Shown one piece after another: positions 30,348 to 32,000 of a stretch of DNA of 32,000 bases. The DNA comes from Coprobacillaceae bacterium (lineage in GTDB: Bacteria > Bacillota_I > Bacilli_A > Erysipelotrichales > Coprobacillaceae), in contig OY776328.1 of NCBI GenBank assembly GCA_963675515.1, positions 2,130,001 to 2,162,000 of the forward strand, given 5' to 3'. The translations under genes and the position numbers were made by a program. Under the pieces are notes generated by a model. It did not search any database and was not told where the DNA came from. It worked only from the letters and a program-made list of their open reading frames with translations. The first letter of the stretch is position 1. The number at the start of each line of letters is the position of its first letter.

Positions 30348-31244
30348 ATGACAATTATCCAATTAGAATACCTGATTACCGTAGCTTCTTCCAATTCGAT
30401 CAATGAAGCGGCCAACAAGCTTTTCATTTCCCAGCCGACCCTTTCGGCGGCGATCAAGGAAATCGAAAACACCGTGGGCTTTTCAATCTTCAACCGCTCC
30501 AACCGCGGAGTCAAGCTGACCTTAAAAGGCGAGGAGTTTGTGACCTACGCCAAGCAGGTGCTCGACCAGTACAATCTCCTTGAAGAGAAGTTTGTGCGCA
30601 AGAACGACAAGCAGTACTTCTCGGTTTCCCTGCAGCATTACACCTTCGCGGTCAAGGCCTTTGTCGAGACGCTCCAGTCGCATTCATTCGACCAGTACGA
30701 GTTCTCCATTTTCGAGACCCGGACCCGGGATGTGATCGACAATGTCAAGAACTTCAAGTCGGACCTGGGGGTCATCTACACCACCGCCAACAACCAGCGG
30801 ATCATAAACAAGATCCTGAGTGAAGCCAATCTCGAGTTCGTCCCCCTGGTGGAGTGCGCCCTTCATGTCTATCTCCATGAGAACCATCCCCTGGCTAGCC
30901 TTGAGAAGATTTCCCTGGACATGCTTGACGAATATCCCTGCTGTGTCTTCGACCAGGGCGACAACTCCCTCTTTCTTTCCGAAGAGGTCATCTCCATCGA
31001 CGACATCAAGCGGGTCATCAAGGTTTCCGACCGGGCCACGATCTTGAACCTGATGGTCGGCCTCAACGGCTACACGATCTGCTCGGGGATAATCTCCCAG
31101 GAGCTCAACGGCAGCGAGTATCTTTCGATTCCCCTCGTGGTCGACGAAACGATGACCATCGGCTACATCAAGCACAGGAATCTCTATCTCAACGACATTT
31201 CCCAGGAATATATCGAACATCTCAAAGCTTACCTGAACCAGTGA
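30348..31244 (+). CDS. LysR-family transcriptional regulator
   Basis: MTIIQLEYLITVASSNSINEAANKLFISQPTLSAAIKEIE is a LysR wHTH, followed by a substrate-binding domain. ATG at 30348 follows AGAGGTGG. The ORF-track start 30300 has no RBS. Confidence 0.88.
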   Translation: MTIIQLEYLITVASSNSINEAANKLFISQPTLSAAIKEIENTVGFSIFNRSNRGVKLTLKGEEFVTYAKQVLDQYNLLEEKFVRKNDKQYFSVSLQHYTFAVKAFVETLQSHSFDQYEFSIFETRTRDVIDNVKNFKSDLGVIYTTANNQRIINKILSEANLEFVPLVECALHVYLHENHPLASLEKISLDMLDEYPCCVFDQGDNSLFLSEEVISIDDIKRVIKVSDRATILNLMVGLNGYTICSGIISQELNGSEYLSIPLVVDETMTIGYIKHRNLYLNDISQEYIEHLKAYLNQ

Positions 31245-31268
31245 GTCAGCCCCCGGCTGACTTTTTTC
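31245..31268 (+). terminator. Rho-independent terminator after the LysR gene
   Basis: GTCAGCC-ccc-GGCTGAC followed by TTTTTT. Confidence 0.7.
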
Positions 31269-31331
31269 TTTGCATTAGTCACTGAGCTGGATTAAAATGA
31301 AAGTAGAAAAGGAACAATCAAAATAACAGGG

Positions 31332-32000
31332 ATGGGAGGGAAGAAATTGGAAAACATTACCGCGCTGCTGGCATCGGTGATCTATGTTTTTGCTTCATTG
31401 GTCATCGTTGTCGTCTTCGACCACTTTTCGACGCGCTCCAAAGAAGTGTCGCGCAAGATGCTCCATATCCTCACGGGCAACTGGATTTTGATCTCCCTGC
31501 TTTTCACGAACCTGTTTGCCCTGTTGCTTTTGCCGGCCGGACTGCTGGTCTTGAATCTGTTGTCGCTTCGATTCAATCTGGTCAAGGCGATGGAACGCGA
31601 CGATGACAGCTGGGGCACCGTCTTCTATCCCTTGAGCATCATGATTTTAAGCGCCATCGGCTTCGTGATTGAGATGCCGGTCATTCCCGTCACGGGAATT
31701 ATGATCCTTGGCTACGGTGACGGGCTGGCGGCGATAACCGGAGGCAAATGGGGCCATTGGCGCCCGTTCAAGATCGCACCGAAGAAAAGTTTTGTCGGCA
31801 GTCTCACCGTTGTCCTGATTGGCTTTGCGATAACCTTCGGGGCGCTTTTACTGTTCGAACCGGACACATCGATGATCATGACCATTGGAATTGCCATCAA
31901 CACCGCCCTTCTTGCTTCCCTGCTTGAGCTGGTCGGCAAAAAAGGCAGCGACAACCTGACCCTGCCCATTGGCACCGGCATGTTCGTCGCGGCCAGTCTC
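31332..32000 (+). CDS. Polyprenol/phytol/dolichol-kinase-like (CTP-transferase family) membrane protein, 3' end beyond the window
   Basis: Open frame to the window edge, hence absent from the ORF track. It reads ...MLHILTGNW...GIMILGYGDGLAAITGGKWG...KKSFVGSL...ELVGKKGSDNLTLPIG. The YGDGLAA and SDN motifs are typical of this kinase family. The start is ATG 31332 or TTG 31347 (GGGAGGG RBS at 31334-31340 favours the TTG). Confidence 0.65.
   Translation, partial: MGGKKLENITALLASVIYVFASLVIVVVFDHFSTRSKEVSRKMLHILTGNWILISLLFTNLFALLLLPAGLLVLNLLSLRFNLVKAMERDDDSWGTVFYPLSIMILSAIGFVIEMPVIPVTGIMILGYGDGLAAITGGKWGHWRPFKIAPKKSFVGSLTVVLIGFAITFGALLLFEPDTSMIMTIGIAINTALLASLLELVGKKGSDNLTLPIGTGMFVAASL

Overview
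Chromosomal segment of a low/mid-GC Bacillota-type genome. Most of it is housekeeping. On the minus strand: secG-rnr-smpB-ssrA (tmRNA), a GNAT acetyltransferase, a Cof-type HAD hydrolase, a CBS/CorC 'hemolysin-family' protein, mreB, a DUF1146 protein and a tandem-USP protein. On the plus strand: a DUF871/MupG-like gene, nadE, addB/addA, metNIQ, a LysR regulator and a partial polyprenol/phytol-kinase-like gene. Three accessory pieces interrupt this backbone. (1) The stretch distal to the tmRNA 3' end (about 300-6061) is visibly AT-richer and looks like a decayed integrated element. It holds an XRE regulator flanked by two small membrane proteins, frameshifted phage tail-gene debris, a 3'-truncated group II intron fused to a 5'-truncated GH1 phospho-beta-glucosidase gene, and IS4/IS1634-like transposase debris. 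(2) A 1.25-kb very AT-rich single-gene cassette (11437-12468, minus strand) sits between convergent mupG-like and HAD genes. It is bracketed by about 125-bp imperfect direct repeats made of the shared terminator plus the last 31 codons of the HAD gene. Its 343-aa product has an unrecognisable N-terminal region and a C-terminal R-x4-H (HEPN-like) motif. This is my best candidate for an undescribed stand-alone defence or abortive-infection gene. (3) An intact IS1595-family element (20187-21330) with 15-bp inverted repeats and an 8-bp target duplication is inserted in a terminator-like hairpin upstream of addBA, next to an about 490-bp orphan non-coding region with internal repeats. No rRNA, tRNA or CRISPR arrays were seen. 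All functional calls rest on my recognition of translated motifs, not on database searches.
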